The notes beneath the pieces are model-generated. The model searched no databases, was not told the DNA's origin, and saw nothing but the letters and a program-made list of their open reading frames with translations. A program made the translations under genes and the position numbers. A DNA stretch of 64,000 nt. It comes from Octopus bimaculoides. Lineage: Eukaryota. Within the stretch, counting starts at the first letter, position 1, and every line of letters begins with the position of its first letter. Positions 39,925 through 53,284 of this stretch are shown one piece after another. The stretch covers positions 24,808,008 to 24,872,007 of the forward strand of contig NC_068999.1 in the NCBI RefSeq assembly GCF_001194135.2. The letters are read 5' to 3'.

Positions 39925-41404
39925 TTGTCATGTCTATTTATCTATCTCTTCATAGATATATATGTGTGTGTGTGTGTGTGTGTAATCTGTATATCTACTT
40001 AACATATTTATAAACTGTTGAATAGCAGTAGAGACCAGTAGTGGCAGTGGCAGTAGCATTCCTTGATCTGGGCTTCTGGCTTTCTTTTAGCTTCCTCAGT
40101 AGTAAATATCCACTGGTACCAAATGCCAAGCAAACATATTTATACACGCACACATACACACACAGAGGCACAGACAGACACACACACACACATGCACACA
40201 AATATAATGTGTGTATGTATACAGAATAGGTTGCCACTTAATAATTTCCACCTTCCAAATTTATACACATGGTATTGGTCAACCCAGTGCTGTAGTTGAA
40301 GATAACCAAGTTTCTGGGGTGCAGTGAGACTGAACCCTAGGACCATGTGGCTACAAAGCAAATTTGTCAACCACATATTCATATGAGGAATAAAATAAAA
40401 TCATTTTCAGTAATAGGGAACCCAATACAAAAATGTAGATACTAATAGTTATATTAAAAAGTTGGACTGATCATTGATTGTACTGCATATCAGTTTCATC
40501 GTCCATCAGTTCATCAGGTAATGACGTAAATTTTTTTTATCCAGTGAACGTTGGAATAATAATAAAGAAGAAAGTCAATTTCAAATAATCTTTGAATTAT
40601 TACTGACGTGTCTATATTTACTTTTCTTTATAAAACTATATTAAAAATTTAAACTGCTAAAATAACATTTATGTATATATTTTCTTTTCATTTTTTTCAT
40701 GTTGCATAATATGCAATATATCTATAGTTTATGAAAGTATTCAAAAGTAAGACATAAATGATTGTTAAACATTATAAGTTAAACCAAAGTCAGTTATTAA
40801 TATCTTAAAATACATTTCTATTTTAGATATTTATTTTACTAAAATACAGTTATATTTTTGATATTAAGTTTTATGAAGCAAGATGAGCTATAAGACTGCA
40901 AATTTCTCACATCATCACCATCTTGTGTGTATGCATATGTATGACTTTTCTTTGAGTTTAATTTAAGTTCTTCTTGAGAGAGTTCAAGCCCATCGCTAAC
41001 AAAGTGACAAGACTTTTTGAGTTAAGAGAGTTCCTGGTGTTTGTAGTTATGTGGTTGAGTTTGTGTGTTGGTTGAACTTTTGATGCATACACCTAAATGT
41101 GTGCCTCTGTTCACCTTAGAATCTCAAATGGAGAATTTTTGGAATGTCTTACAAATCTTAACTGCCATTAATAGATTAGATTTCGAGAATCTGCATCAGT
41201 TTCTTTTGCTCTTTTTCTGTGGAACCAAGAATTTCTAGGTTTTTGTGAAAATATGTTGGTATAATACCTAATGTATGTATGTATTTATGCATGTATGTAT
41301 GTATTTATGCATGTATGTATGTATGTATGTATGTATGTATGTATGTATGTATGTATGTATGTATGTATGTATGTATGTATGCATGCATGCATGCAGGTAT
41401 CTTT

Positions 41405-41640
41405 TGTGAGGGTGCATGGCCTAGTGGTTATGAATGTTGCACACATGATTGCAAGATCATAGTTTCAATTCTTGGACCAGGTGGTGCATTGTATTCTTGA
41501 GCAAAACACTTAATTTCACATGGCTCTGTGATCACTTCGATACCTGATGTGTGATATACTGTGCACCTATTCAGGCAATGTAGATTTGACGGAGGGAGTG
41601 AGCTAATGTACAACACATACATTTGTAGAAGCGAGTTCAT
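41405..41640 (+). mobile_element. tRNA-derived SINE, a third family
   Basis: gcatggcctagtggtta (A box), gtttcaattc (B box-like), then ttgtattcttgagcaaaacacttaa. Confidence 0.6.
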
Positions 41641-41909
41641 GAACAGCACAAACAAATAATTTGTGCAGGTTGTACAGCAAGGAATTGTAGAATCATCATC
41701 ATCGTCATCATTCTGTATCTTTTATGTCTTACTTATTTCAGTCATTGGATTGCGACCATGCTGGGGCCTGCCTTGAATCAACCCAATACTTTTCTATTAA
41801 AGTATTTTACTTATTCTCTTGAACTTTTCTGCTGAACCACCAAGTTACAGGGATGTAGATAAACTAACACCAACAAGTGGTGGCAGAGGACAAACACAAA
41901 GACACATGC

Positions 41910-41945
<36 letters not shown>

Positions 41946-42369
41946 ATTATAATACAAAAAGGTGGGTGAACAGGCTTGAATTCAAATCACTACAATTCAT
42001 TGTGATTTGGATTAAAAATTCTTCATTCCATCTTGTATTATAATTTCTTTAGTTTGAATTTTGAGTACACTAATGAATTTCCACATGTATAGCCAGTAAA
42101 AGGAGAATTCCTGTTGGATAATAGCATAAGGTAGCTGATAACTATAGAGGAGCTTTGCAATGCATGAAAACTTACCGGCTGTTGCCATTTTATATTTTTA
42201 ATTTCACACATGCACATTGTTTGTTTTTGATTTTGTCAACTAAACAGTATAGTAGGGTCAGCTGGGCACAGTCTGTGAGAAAAACAGCACCTTGACACAA
42301 TTCACTCTGCCAGAAATTTGGAAACAACATGCTGTACTGCTTGGCATTCACACTGGAAACTCCAGTACA

Positions 42370-43051
42370 AACATTTCTGAGTGATTGGATGTCAATCTGA
42401 GGACAGTGAAATCTAAGGACATGTACTGAGAGTGATAAAAATCAAACATCCAGTCAACATCATGGTGTTTGGAGTGATCACTAGTGATGGCCACATTATG
42501 CTTCCATTCATCTTCTGACATGGCCTCAGGTTCAACATGGAAGCTTACATCAAGTGCCTAGAGGAGGTAGTGCTGCCCTGGATCAAGAGGGTAGCTGCTG
42601 GAAGACGCTATGTCTGACAACAGGACTCTGCATCATGCCACACAAGCAGGAGAACCCAGTCATGGCTGTCAGACAATTTCTGCAACCACATCACCCCTTA
42701 TATCTGGCTACCTAACTCCCTAGACTGCAACTTCCTTGATTATTATGTGTGAGGTGCAGTTAAGCGAGAGACCAACAAAAATCCTTGTAACACCAAAGAT
42801 GAACTGAAGGCAAGGATTATAGCAGCATTCACCAACTTAAACAAGGAGACAGTCTAGAAGAGCTGGAGGAGATTCCGAAGTTGTCTGGAGGCCATGGTTG
42901 AGGCCAATGGCAATTTTATTGAATAAATTTACTCTTTAGTATTTCGAGATATTTTTATGTAATTTTGGTAAATATATCTGTTAAAAAATGAGATGTCAGT
43001 GTTATTTTCATTTTAGCATTATTTAGATGACAGTTTATTCACTGCACCCTG
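42370..43051 (+). mobile_element. maT-family (DD37D) Tc1/mariner 3' half
   Basis: MVFGVITSDG...QQDSASCH...NFLDYYV with 37 residues between the last two Asp; right end cactgcaccctg followed by TA. Confidence 0.8.
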
Positions 43052-43723
43052 TATATATATTTCGTTTGTATGTCTTCATGAGACCATGGATAGAAGATAA
43101 AGACAATGTCAGACTGCTTCTGAGACTCCAGTATTTTATTTGTATTCGATTAAATCATCCCCAATTATTAAATTATTCTTTCAACCTTCAATAAATATGG
43201 ATTGTACACAGGTATGAGTTCAAAATTTATGTCTATATTTCCAGGATTGAAATTTTTAAAATTTTTAGTGGAGCATAAATCACAAAAATTTTGATTTTAT
43301 GTATTTCAAAATTTTCTTTTTGATGTAGAAGTAATGTATTTATCTTTCAAGTACCAAATGTGTTTTGACAAAGTGATAAGTGGGTTTCTAAAAGTGTGTA
43401 TATGTTGGCTATAAAAACATATTAAATATACTAGATGCTAAACTGATATGGCACCCACATCAGTGGAAAGCCATAAAAGAGAGAGTAAGTCATCCCTTCC
43501 ATTCATAGGCTTAGATTGCACCTTGGACAAGTGCTAGCAACCCCTTAGCCTCCTGTGCCAGGTATATGGTGAAGACATCGGCAGCAGAACATTGAATAAC
43601 TGACTATGCAGAGGAGTTCTAGACCAACAGCTTGAAGGCTATTATGACCAAGTCGAGGATCTGTATCATCAAAAAATGGTTAGGCATCAACTAGCAAGTG
43701 AGTTGCTACTGCATTCTTGTACA

Positions 43724-44370
43724 CTACTTGGTATTTAGTGTGGAGGACAAGAGACAGTTTGGTGAGGAATGATGCCAACTACCTTTACTAGGCTCATGTT
43801 CATACCATTTACCAGTATGTTCAAATCCTAGTTTTCTATATAGCTCCCAGTGGATTGCTCTCCCTAGATTGTCATGTCTTTTCGTGTATTCTTTCTGTGC
43901 CATCATACTACATTCACTTACTATCCGTATAACACTTTCCTTTTTTGATTTGCAGCCCACTGCTACTATTTGCTGCATCTATCTTTGGGAATCTACTATG
44001 CAATGCCTTCTCCTGCCAGTCAGATAATTTCTGTTCTATTTTCTGGTTTTTAACTTCATTTGGGTTTTTAGTTTCCCTATGTCTTGCTGTGGCTCTAGTA
44101 GCTTTTAATAAACTTGCTTCACTATTACCCACATAGGAGTCTATATCTATTCTAGCTAACTCCATGCAGTCTTCTGATATTAACCCTCTTCTGCCTTCCT
44201 TTCTAGGTAGGTATAATCTTGCTACTCCTGTCCTTGGGTGGAGTCCTCCATTTGTATTGAATTCCTCCCTAGTTCTTCTGTCTAGCTTTGCTAATTCAAT
44301 TTTTGTCCAATCTACAAAAGCTGCCAAGTATCTAAGTAATGATACTGCCCAAAGTATTTACAGCCTTCAC
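43724..44370 (-). mobile_element. R4/Dong-like non-LTR retrotransposon fragment
   Basis: LHPRTGVARLYLPRKEGRRGL and a degenerate zinc knuckle ...ECSMMAQKEYTKRHDNLGRAIHWEL. Confidence 0.75.
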
Positions 44371-44403
44371 TAGATTTGGACCACTTAGCTTGTTATTATT
44401 ATT

Positions 44404-45830
44404 ATGCTCTTCAACTTTTTGTGGAAGGGTCAGGTACCACTGGTCAGGCGCTCTATCTGCTGTCAACAGCCGCTGAACGGAGGCCTTGGCATGCCGTGGT
44501 TGCTGATGCGCAAACATGCGCTCAGGCTACGACATCTCAGGCGCTTCCTGGACGGTGAACAGGTGTGGTCGCCTTTCGTCAGACGCGATTTTCCGCAGCT
44601 CGTTTCTTTAACAGAGCTGCAATCCTGGATCAAACGTAGACCGAGAAAGGGCGCTTGGCACCTCGAGTGCCGCCAAGCTCTCACCGCCCTCAGTCAGGCG
44701 GGCAGTGCGATCGGTAGTAGATCCACTCTAGCTTTCTATAGAGGGTTANNNNNNNNNNNNNNNNNNNNNNNNNNNNNNNNNNNNNNNNNNNNNNNNNNNN
44801 NNNNNNNNNNNNNNNNNNNNNNNNNNNNNNNNNNNNNNNNNNNNNNNNNNNNNNNNNNNNNNNNNNNNNNNNNNNNNNNNNNNNNNNNNNNNNNNNNNNN
44901 NNNNNNNNNNNNNNNNNNNNNNNNNNNNNNNNNNNNNNNNNNNNNNNNNNNNNNNNNNNNNNNNNNNNNNNNNNNNNNNNNNNNNNNNNNNNNNNNNNNN
45001 NNNNNNNNNNNNNNNNNNNNNNNNNNNNNNNNNNNNNNNNNNNNNNNNNNNNNNNNNNNNNNNNNNNNNNNNNNNNNNNNNNNNNNNNNNNNNNNNNNNN
45101 NNNNNNNNNNNNNNNNNNNNNNNNNNNNNNNNNNNNNNNNNNNNNNNNNNNNNNNNNNNNNNNNNNNNNNNNNNNNNNNNNNNNNNNNNNNNNNNNNNNN
45201 NNNNNNNNNNNNNNNNNNNNNNNNNNNNNNNNNNNNNNNNNNNNNNNNNNNNNNNNNNNNNNNNNNNNNNNNNNNNNNNNNNNNNNNNNNNNNNNNNNNN
45301 NNNNNNNNNNNNNNNNNNNNNNNNNNNNNNNNNNNNNNNNNNNNNNNNNNNNNNNNNNNNNNNNNNNNNNNNNNNNNNNNNNNNNNNNNNNNNNNNNNNN
45401 NNNNNNNNNNNNNNNNNNNNNNNNNNNNNNNNNNNNNNNNNNNNNNNNNNNNNNNNNNNNNNNNNNNNNNNNNNNNNNNNNNNNNNNNNNNNNNNNNNNN
45501 NNNNNNNNNNNNNNNNNNNNNNNNNNNNNNNNNNNNNNNNNNNNNNNNNNNNNNNNNNNNNNNTATTTTTTCTGACCAGGCTCCCGTGGTTTTATGGGTT
45601 TTTCCACGTGTAACCTTTCCTTTTTCGAAGCGCCTCCCCCTTTGGGAGTTCTACTTATTTATTTACCTATTTATTTATCTATTTATTTATTATATCTTTC
45701 TCCGTTTTCTTCCTCTGTTTAGACGAACTTTCCTACCTTTTCGGACAAAACCTTTTGTAACCTTCGTCCTGTCTTTGTCCTTATATGTCTTTAATTGATA
45801 TTAGCCCTTGTGGCCAATAAAACGAATTAA
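44404..45830 (+). mobile_element. Young Tx1/L1-clade LINE, 5'-truncated, mostly within an N gap
   Basis: Open frame LFNFLWKGQVPLVRRSICCQQPLNGGLGMP (post-RT FLW...GGLG motif), CpG-rich; 3' AATAAA followed by (TTA)n. Confidence 0.75.
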
Positions 45831-46129
45831 TTATTATTATTATTATTATTATTAGTATCATTATCATCATCTTCTTTCAGCTCTGATTCCATTTCTTGCT
45901 AAGTGTCTTCCTAAGACCCAGAGGAGAAAAACGCACAGTGTCCATTGGTAGGCCATTAAAATAAACACACCAGATTGTTCATTTACAAAGTCATGTGATA
46001 GAGAAAAGGGGGGAAGAAAGACAGAGAAAAAAAGGGAAAAATAAAAATAAAAAAGTAAAGAAAGAAAATAAAGGGGAAAAGGGGAAAGAAAATATTCACA
46101 GCGATAAGTTCTTCTCAGTACGTGTGACA

Positions 46130-47500
46130 TACCAGTTAAGATAATCTTTTGCATTTCCTGCATGGTTAGTAAGCCAGGGATCATTCTTAAATAATTTTCA
46201 GTTCCTTTTTTGATTATTCCAAATGCTCTTACAATAACTGGTATAGTAACCGTCTTGAGATGCTATATCTTTTCGATTTCAATTAGCAAATCTTTATAGT
46301 TTCTGAGCTTATCAAATTATTTTGCTGAGATATTATGGTCACAGGATATGCTCATGTCAATCAATAAACAGACTTTATTGTTTTGATCTTTCACAACAAT
46401 ATCTGGTTTATTTACTTTGATGGTCCAGTCTGTACATACTGGAAAGTCCCAAAGAATAGTTACATTTTCTGCCTTAGTTACAGCCTCAGGGTGGTGCTTG
46501 TAACATTTGTAAGCAATTTTGATTTTATAATGCTGACATATTATTCAATGTAGAAATTGGCCAACTCTGTCATGTCTTGTTTTGTACTCTACAGGTGCTA
46601 AAACCTTACATCCAGAGATTAGGTGGTATACTGTTTTAATCCTGTCATTGCAGCATTAGCACTTTGGGTCTACACCATTTTTCATCACATTGACTTGATA
46701 GTTCTAGATCAATAAGCTCTGATCTTGAGCAGCCAAGATAAAGCTTTCACTCTCTTCCTTTAACCCTGAGCTCCGTAGCCACTGATGAGTGTGCCTCTGG
46801 TCTACATCAGCTTGTTTGCTACAGGCCACATATTTGCCATGCAGAGGTCTTTGTTCCCACCTATCAGCCAATTGTTCAAACGCATTTTGCTTTGCTATCG
46901 ATTTCACCTTCTTTGCAACTACAGTTGCTGCACTTCTCGCATGCTGTTCAACCTAGGTATTATGGGTATTAAAATTTTTTGCTCTTCTTCATTACAGAAT
47001 GAATTAGCATCCAGTTATTAGATGTTTCAAGATATTTTGCCAGTCCAATTGTGGTAGTTTTGTAAAATCCTTCAAACTGGATCAAGCCTTGACCTCCTTG
47101 AGCTCTGGGTAGGTAAAGACAATTTGCATCTGCCTTTAGGTGGTGCATGTTACTGCAAGTCAGCAGCTTACAGATTTTCCAGTTAATCTTCCTTATTTTG
47201 TTCATATTCCAGTTCAACACATTGAAACTGTAAATAACAACCGGGATTGCTAAGGAATTTATAGCTAACTCCTTGTTATGTGCATTTAACTTGGATTCTA
47301 GGACTGCTCGAACTCTCGTGTAACATTCCTTCCTGATCTCTCTTTCATGCTGAATGCCAGAGCCCTCATTTATACTGAGGTATTTGTAAGTTTGTTATCT
47401 TCAACATCCCTATGAAATGGCCCATGCATTCTTTTCTTTATCCACCTATTTTCAGTTTCATTCATTCTCAAGTGCTTGTACAGTGCTTTATCTTTGCAAT
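46130..47500 (-). mobile_element. R4/Dong-like element 3' part with restriction-like endonuclease
   Basis: HHLKADANCLYLPRAQGGQGL, LHGKY, AAQDQSL, HLISGCKVLAPVEYKTRHD, then LIDMS...DKL..YKDL..EI. Confidence 0.8.
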
Positions 47501-47629
47501 CTTCCATCTTATACAAGCCTGACCTTCTTACTTCCAATAATAGCGGTTCTGTGGCATTTTTTACACACTATGCTATGTTTCTGATGCAAGAGGACTTCAG
47601 TATAGACTCAATTGAGGTTCCTCACTGAT

Positions 47630-48105
47630 CTATGGTCCCTTGAAAACCAAGGGTGATTGCTTTCTATAGCAGTCACTCTCCAAACTACGGGTGCATACTT
47701 TAAAATGGTCCCATCTACTCTTGCCATTTTCTCGATACCCATCCATCAGCACCTCCCTCTCAACCCTCATATTTCTTTTCAAATGAAGACTGAAAAAGTC
47801 GATGAGAAGTTGACCAAAGAAGAAGGCATCTGTTCTCAAACCTCTCAACCTCGTCTAACACACAACCCCTTTTGTTATAGTCATCACACAAAGAAAAACA
47901 GATTTCCCAGCCTAATTAAAAGAGGGCGGCAGGGCAATCATCATCATGAACTCGGTTGATAACCAGAGCTCACCCATATGTGATTGCAGCTATATGTCGC
48001 TCTGCACACATCTCAGACAGAAGTGTTTGATGGTGCTTCCATGCCTGTAGATTTTATCTCGCACCAGTAGTGGCCTTCTGTAGTCCTGCAAGGCCAAAAT
48101 CTCCT
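47630..48105 (-). mobile_element. Tx1-like ORF2 C-terminal fragment
   Basis: LLVRDKIYRHGSTI...CLRC (zf-RVT-like) and FFSLHLKRNMRVEREVL. Confidence 0.6.
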
Positions 48106-48339
48106 GGAAGTTACAAAAATGAAGAAGGCATGAAAGACATTATGCAATTGAAGTAGAGACAAATTAAAAATAGTTAAAACAAATAATCACACAGAAACAA
48201 ATAAAAGGCACAATAATTTAAAACAAGACAAAATTAAAATCTGCAAAACATTTTAGGCTCTCATCCACACTTGAATGAGAAACCACCTGCAAAGTCAGGT
48301 TACTACACCTTGCATGTCATCAACACTTCTGGAGTGGTT

Positions 48340-49330
48340 TGGGTTTTAATAACAACTACATCTTCATAATATACCTGTCTTATTTTATTGTAATATCTTT
48401 GTAGCTATTACTAACAACCTGTCCTTCATGAATTTCTTATATTCCAAGCCTATCTGTGCCTCAGTCAGTTTTACACCACCAGAATATCCCTTGCAACATA
48501 ACTTCATCATTTTTATTATTGCTCTGAGGAGGGATACCATTGTTGCTTTGGAAAAGTTGTCTCTTCTCATTAGTTCTCATATTTTTTGTTTCCTGTTTCA
48601 CTTTCCTTTTCTTTGCAATTTCTTTCTCCTTTTTCTTTTTCCATTCCCTCGATAATTTTAGTATTTTTTCTTCAGAACCATTACTTTTCTTTCATCACAT
48701 GCTGATGGAGTGGTGCTGCTGGTTGCTACAGTCAGGAGACTGGGTGGCTACTCACTTATTTCCAAGATAAAGATGAGGTGATATCCAACTCTACCACAGC
48801 TGTGATTGTTTGTGCTCTTGAAACTGGGGCTTTCTTTCTAATTTCCTTTCCTAGTCTTTCTGTTTCTTTGGAGGAAAATAATCTCTCAAGTGATTTTTAC
48901 TGTCACATGTGTAACAATTAGGCCTTCTTCTCAGTACCATCAGTCTCATATCCTTTGCCTCACTGCCTTCAACTGTGTGCAGTCCTGATAAGATCTTGTA
49001 GCCTTTGGAGGTCAATAGTTCTTGCAAATGACCCTGCTTCCTCAAAACATATGGTCTCTTCATCAAATATGTTTTAACTTCCTGTCTATACTGCAATACA
49101 AAAGTGAGACCCATACAATTTCCAGTGTCTCTTCTTGTCATCCTTGCATTTCTTTTCCCCATATACTGGGGCAACAACTGTATGGGTGGAGGTATATCAA
49201 GTTATTTCAGTCTGTATTTCTGGTTGAATCTTTGTTCTTGAAAGTGCAGCAGACCAGTACCATAACCCTCTACAGTTTTGATTGAGAGAATTTCTCCTTA
49301 AAATTTCTGAGTCTATTCTAACACCTGTCT
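48340..49330 (-). mobile_element. gag/ORF1-like remnant with a degenerate zinc knuckle
   Basis: RRPNCYTCDSKNHLRDY followed by a Lys/Glu-rich linker; adjacent to and co-oriented with the Tx1 fragment. Confidence 0.5.
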
Positions 49331-50759
49331 TAACCCTTTAAAACATAGGTGTATTATTTTTTCTCTTCAATCACTCCTGAATTAGATTCTACAGTAAAGA
49401 GATACTTGACAAAATTCTCCAAATTAATTCTTTTTTTTTCTCTTAGGAATTGTGTTAAAATTCTTAAAAATGTAAGAAACACAAATAATTGCAAGGAATA
49501 AATGGAAAAGAAAAGTGTAATCAACCATGCAGTAATTAAAACTAGATAATCTATGTAACGTTTTTAATTTTCCCTGCCCAGATTACATCTTTTTATGTAT
49601 CAGCTCTACATCTATGTATTACTTAATGCTGGTAATTCCAGCACCCTCTTTGATCATTTTGAGCAAGGAAGAGCCTAAAAGTCTGTAATATGCTGTATAA
49701 ATGGCTCCCAGTTTCTTCTCACAATTTCTTTAATTTTATTTGTTATCTCTACCACACCCCAAATGTTTTCAATCATTGTTAGCTTCTACCTATTTTACAT
49801 CTTGCTTTAAAGATATCTTACTTCACATTTCTTTAAAGTGGTTATCCTTATTGACCTCTATATACTCAGCTTCACTAGATTATCACACTTCTCCTACTAA
49901 ACTGCTACTGCAGAAGCTGAAACAATGTTTGCTTTCTGAAGTGTTTGCCTGTTAGTATTTACATATTCTTGCATCCCTGACAGTTTTGCTAATCCAACTA
50001 GGCACTTCAGAGAGAGCTTATATCTCCCTCAGAATTCTTCAGTCCCTTCTGAAACATATCCCAATTTTTTTTATCATACACTTCAGTAAGTTCCTCTGCT
50101 ATGTAATTCTCTAAAGGTCTCTCACCTTTGGGAACTTTGGTGGCATTGGCATCAGCAAAACCTGTAACCATGTCAGGTAAAAAAACACTCTGGACTAAGA
50201 CATTTTCTCAGCTTGCATTTTTATCGTTTCGGCTCAGAAACCTTCTTGCTTTGGCTCAGAAACCTTCTTGTCATACTATAACTTTGCAACATGTTAAGTC
50301 AGCAAGGTCTTCAATTCACATTTTTATCAACTGAAGGTTCAGCAACATCAGTCAGTTTCTCCTTCAGCACAATAACAAGTAACAACTCACAATCTTTTAC
50401 TCTGTCTTCACTTTTGCTTGTATACTCTCAAACACGTAAAGCTAAGCATATACTGCTTCCATAAATGAAGAATTTTAAAACATTATTAAAGTTTGTATGG
50501 ATGGATGGTTAGGAGGCATGATATTCCAGCTTGGTTCAGTAATACAAACACTCAATCTCAATTCATATCCAAGAAACAAATGTATATCTCCCCTACCTCA
50601 GACCAGGGCTGTTGGTGCCCTGGGCAAGCCGTGGCCTGTACAAGCTGACAGTCATGGAGATTCCCTTGTCTTTGTTACACCCTCTTTGGCACCCCCTAGC
50701 ACATGGTGCTCCAGTACCTTGAGTCTCCCCTGCCTCAGGCCACTTAACCATCCCATCTT

Positions 50760-50920
50760 TCATCCTTTTTTTTTCAACCTTACAGTGCTCCACCACCTGC
50801 TAAACACTTCGTCTAGTTCTTCTTCCTCATGTTGGAACCCTTTGGAATTCACATAATATGATTTTTCTGCAGGGACCAACCTACATATATTCAGATTGAA
50901 CACCAACCACACCAATCTCA
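50760..50920 (+). mobile_element. CR1/L2 extreme 3' remnant
   Basis: FFFPHVGTLWNS...NLHIFR resembles the FFPRT..LWNSL...NL..FK terminus. Confidence 0.45.
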
Positions 50921-51462
50921 CAAAGGAAAATACCTTTGTGCAGTTGCTCAACCTGCTTAAAATAGCATCAAAATCTCCCCCAAATCTCACTCTACAATCA
51001 TAAAAACAGGAATGACACATTAGTTAAAGCTTTTATGTCTGGGTTTAATTATTCTACAATGTTTTCTGGTTATGTCAATAATCTGATTGATTTGCTTCCC
51101 AATTAAAAGTATACCTAATGTCAAAAACTATAAGTAAGTCACACCCACTTAAATCTTTTATATTTGTTTTTTATCTGCATAGAAACTAGCTGACACATTT
51201 ATACATTTCACATTTTATACAAAAATCACTGACATCACTTCTAGTAGAGATGTGTAGGTGCAATTTTTTCTTAACCCTTTCATCCAATCAACTTTGATTC
51301 AGAATTCAGAATCTGAAAAGAGGAAAGTTGTTACTTCTTGATGTGTAGAGATGAGATTGCTTCTTTCACATACTAAAACACAATACTAAACTTACATTTT
51401 CTTTAAAAACACAAAACTGAATATTTACAATAATAACAATAAGAATGAAATACACTCCTTAC

Positions 51463-51653
51463 CAAGCGTAAAGTAAGTACTAGACATGGGGATTGGTTTT
51501 CACTTGGGTTGTATCCAAAAGTATTTTCCTTGACACATAGTTTCCCAGCCCTTTTAAGGGGAAATCGGCACACTTTATCCACAAATGGACTGCATGTCAT
51601 TAAACCATGGCATTTTATAAACTTGTCAGTTGCTTGTTTCTCCTCCTTGTAAG
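51463..51653 (-). CDS. ATP1B: Na+/K+-ATPase beta-like exon (A)YKEEKQ...KC...VCRFPLKRAGKLCVKENTFGYNPSENQSPCLVLTLRL
   Basis: ttttgtag acceptor and gtaagg donor; 191 nt, phase 1 to 0. Shows the beta-subunit C..C.F.L...G.C....FGY...PC pattern covering the first two disulfides. Confidence 0.88.
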
Positions 51654-52865
51654 CTACAAAAGAAAAGAAAATTAACATATATTGGAAAAAATTCCTTCAT
51701 CTCCAGAACAAAGTGTGTTATTGATTAAATCTTTGATAGCAATCAGTCTGTGGCTGTTACGGCCATATAACAGCAACTCTCCCATTTGATAATGTTCATA
51801 TTTAAATCAAAACTTTCCATCATAATTTTATGTAAAAATCTTTTAAGACATATTCCAACTCCCATGTTAAGATATATTCTAAATCCCTCCAAATTTTTGA
51901 TTATTTTCAAACTCAATAGAAAATAGAAATAATACATTTCATTAGAAATATGGTCATGAACTCAAGATACAGAAGTGGATTAGATGAATTGACACTACTG
52001 AAACACTTCACAATTAGTCTTACTGATTAGTAATGTAGTAATCTAATTAGACTGATTTAATTAAGATTTGTCGAATCCATGAAGTTATAAAGTTAGTTCT
52101 TTAAAAACACATATTTTTAGATAGAGAAATAGATTGTCAGGCATACAAATTTAGGGATACATTCAAACATGATGGTCATCTGCTCCTTCAGAGCTTGACC
52201 TATTCTTGTAGCTATAATTGCTTGAATTCGTTGGTAGAGGATTCGCTGGTCACAGAGTGAGGCAACTGTTGTTGTTGTTAGTTCTAATTCATTGTAAAGC
52301 AAATACCACTATGAGTGATATCCAGACTACAGTGGAAAGGGCAAACCACTGGATTTGGTTAGAAGAATATTGAGCAAAACCTAATAACCAGTCGATCTAG
52401 CAAGTGGGACTTCATTTCAGTGAGGTGGGCTGGTGTGCAATGATGTTGTTGAGAAAAAGGCCCCAAAATGGTGTGCATTCTCTCCTGATGACCCCATAAA
52501 CTTGCTTTCAACTGGTAGCACTTGCATCTGCAAGTTGTTTGTAAAAAATCTGAAATGGCTTTTGAGCTCTGATAAATGGCAGCAATGTCTCATTTTCAGC
52601 ATTGGCTCCTTTTTCTGCTTGTTTTTTGTGAATGTTTAAATTGCACTTTCTATCGAAAGACTTGCAGGTTTTTCGATAGACATTGCATTAAAACTAGTTA
52701 TCAGCAATGAAATTCCAATAGTTCATGTATGCCTTACCCACATGGTCATACTGGTGTGATATCATACCAGTGTCAGATATGCATACTTTTGTGCATAAAG
52801 AACATTTAAAGAAGGAATGAGAAACTCATACATACATGCATGCATGCATACATACATACATACAT

Positions 52866-52902
<37 letters not shown>

Positions 52903-53284
52903 TACATACATACATACATACATACATACACACACATGCATACATACATACATACACATGCATGCATACATACATACATACATACATACATTCATACATA
53001 CATACATACATACATACGTACGTACATATGTATTGTGTGTATGAGAGGGAGAGAGAAAGAGATGTGAAGAGAGGAAACATTCATATTAAGATGGTAGAAA
53101 TCTTTTCTTTCACTTTAAAAAAGAAACAAGTCTATGTAAAATACTGAACAGATCTTTAATTATTTTGTTATGGTTATGAATAAACCATTCAAAAATTTAG
53201 TTTTGTTGCTTTTTTGCTTCTTTTGGAAACTGAAATAAACAAATAATAGAAGGTAGAAATTCTAAAATAGTAAAATAAACTGAC

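Noticed and set aside
40440-40560. Candidate for the missing beta-subunit exon (VHWI...LPDELMDDE)
   Set aside because: No AG acceptor, stops in all frames and no Cys.
50760-51020. Minus-strand ORF with a gtaagg donor as a possible exon
   Set aside because: Better explained as the antisense of a plus-strand CR1/L2 3' remnant; no beta-subunit similarity.
51180-51320. Strong minus-strand acceptor (cttttcag) near the beta-subunit exon
   Set aside because: All three frames hit a stop within 11 codons and there is no good donor.
52100-52700. Possible Tc1-like remnant on the minus strand
   Set aside because: Only faint motif similarity and no TIRs identified.
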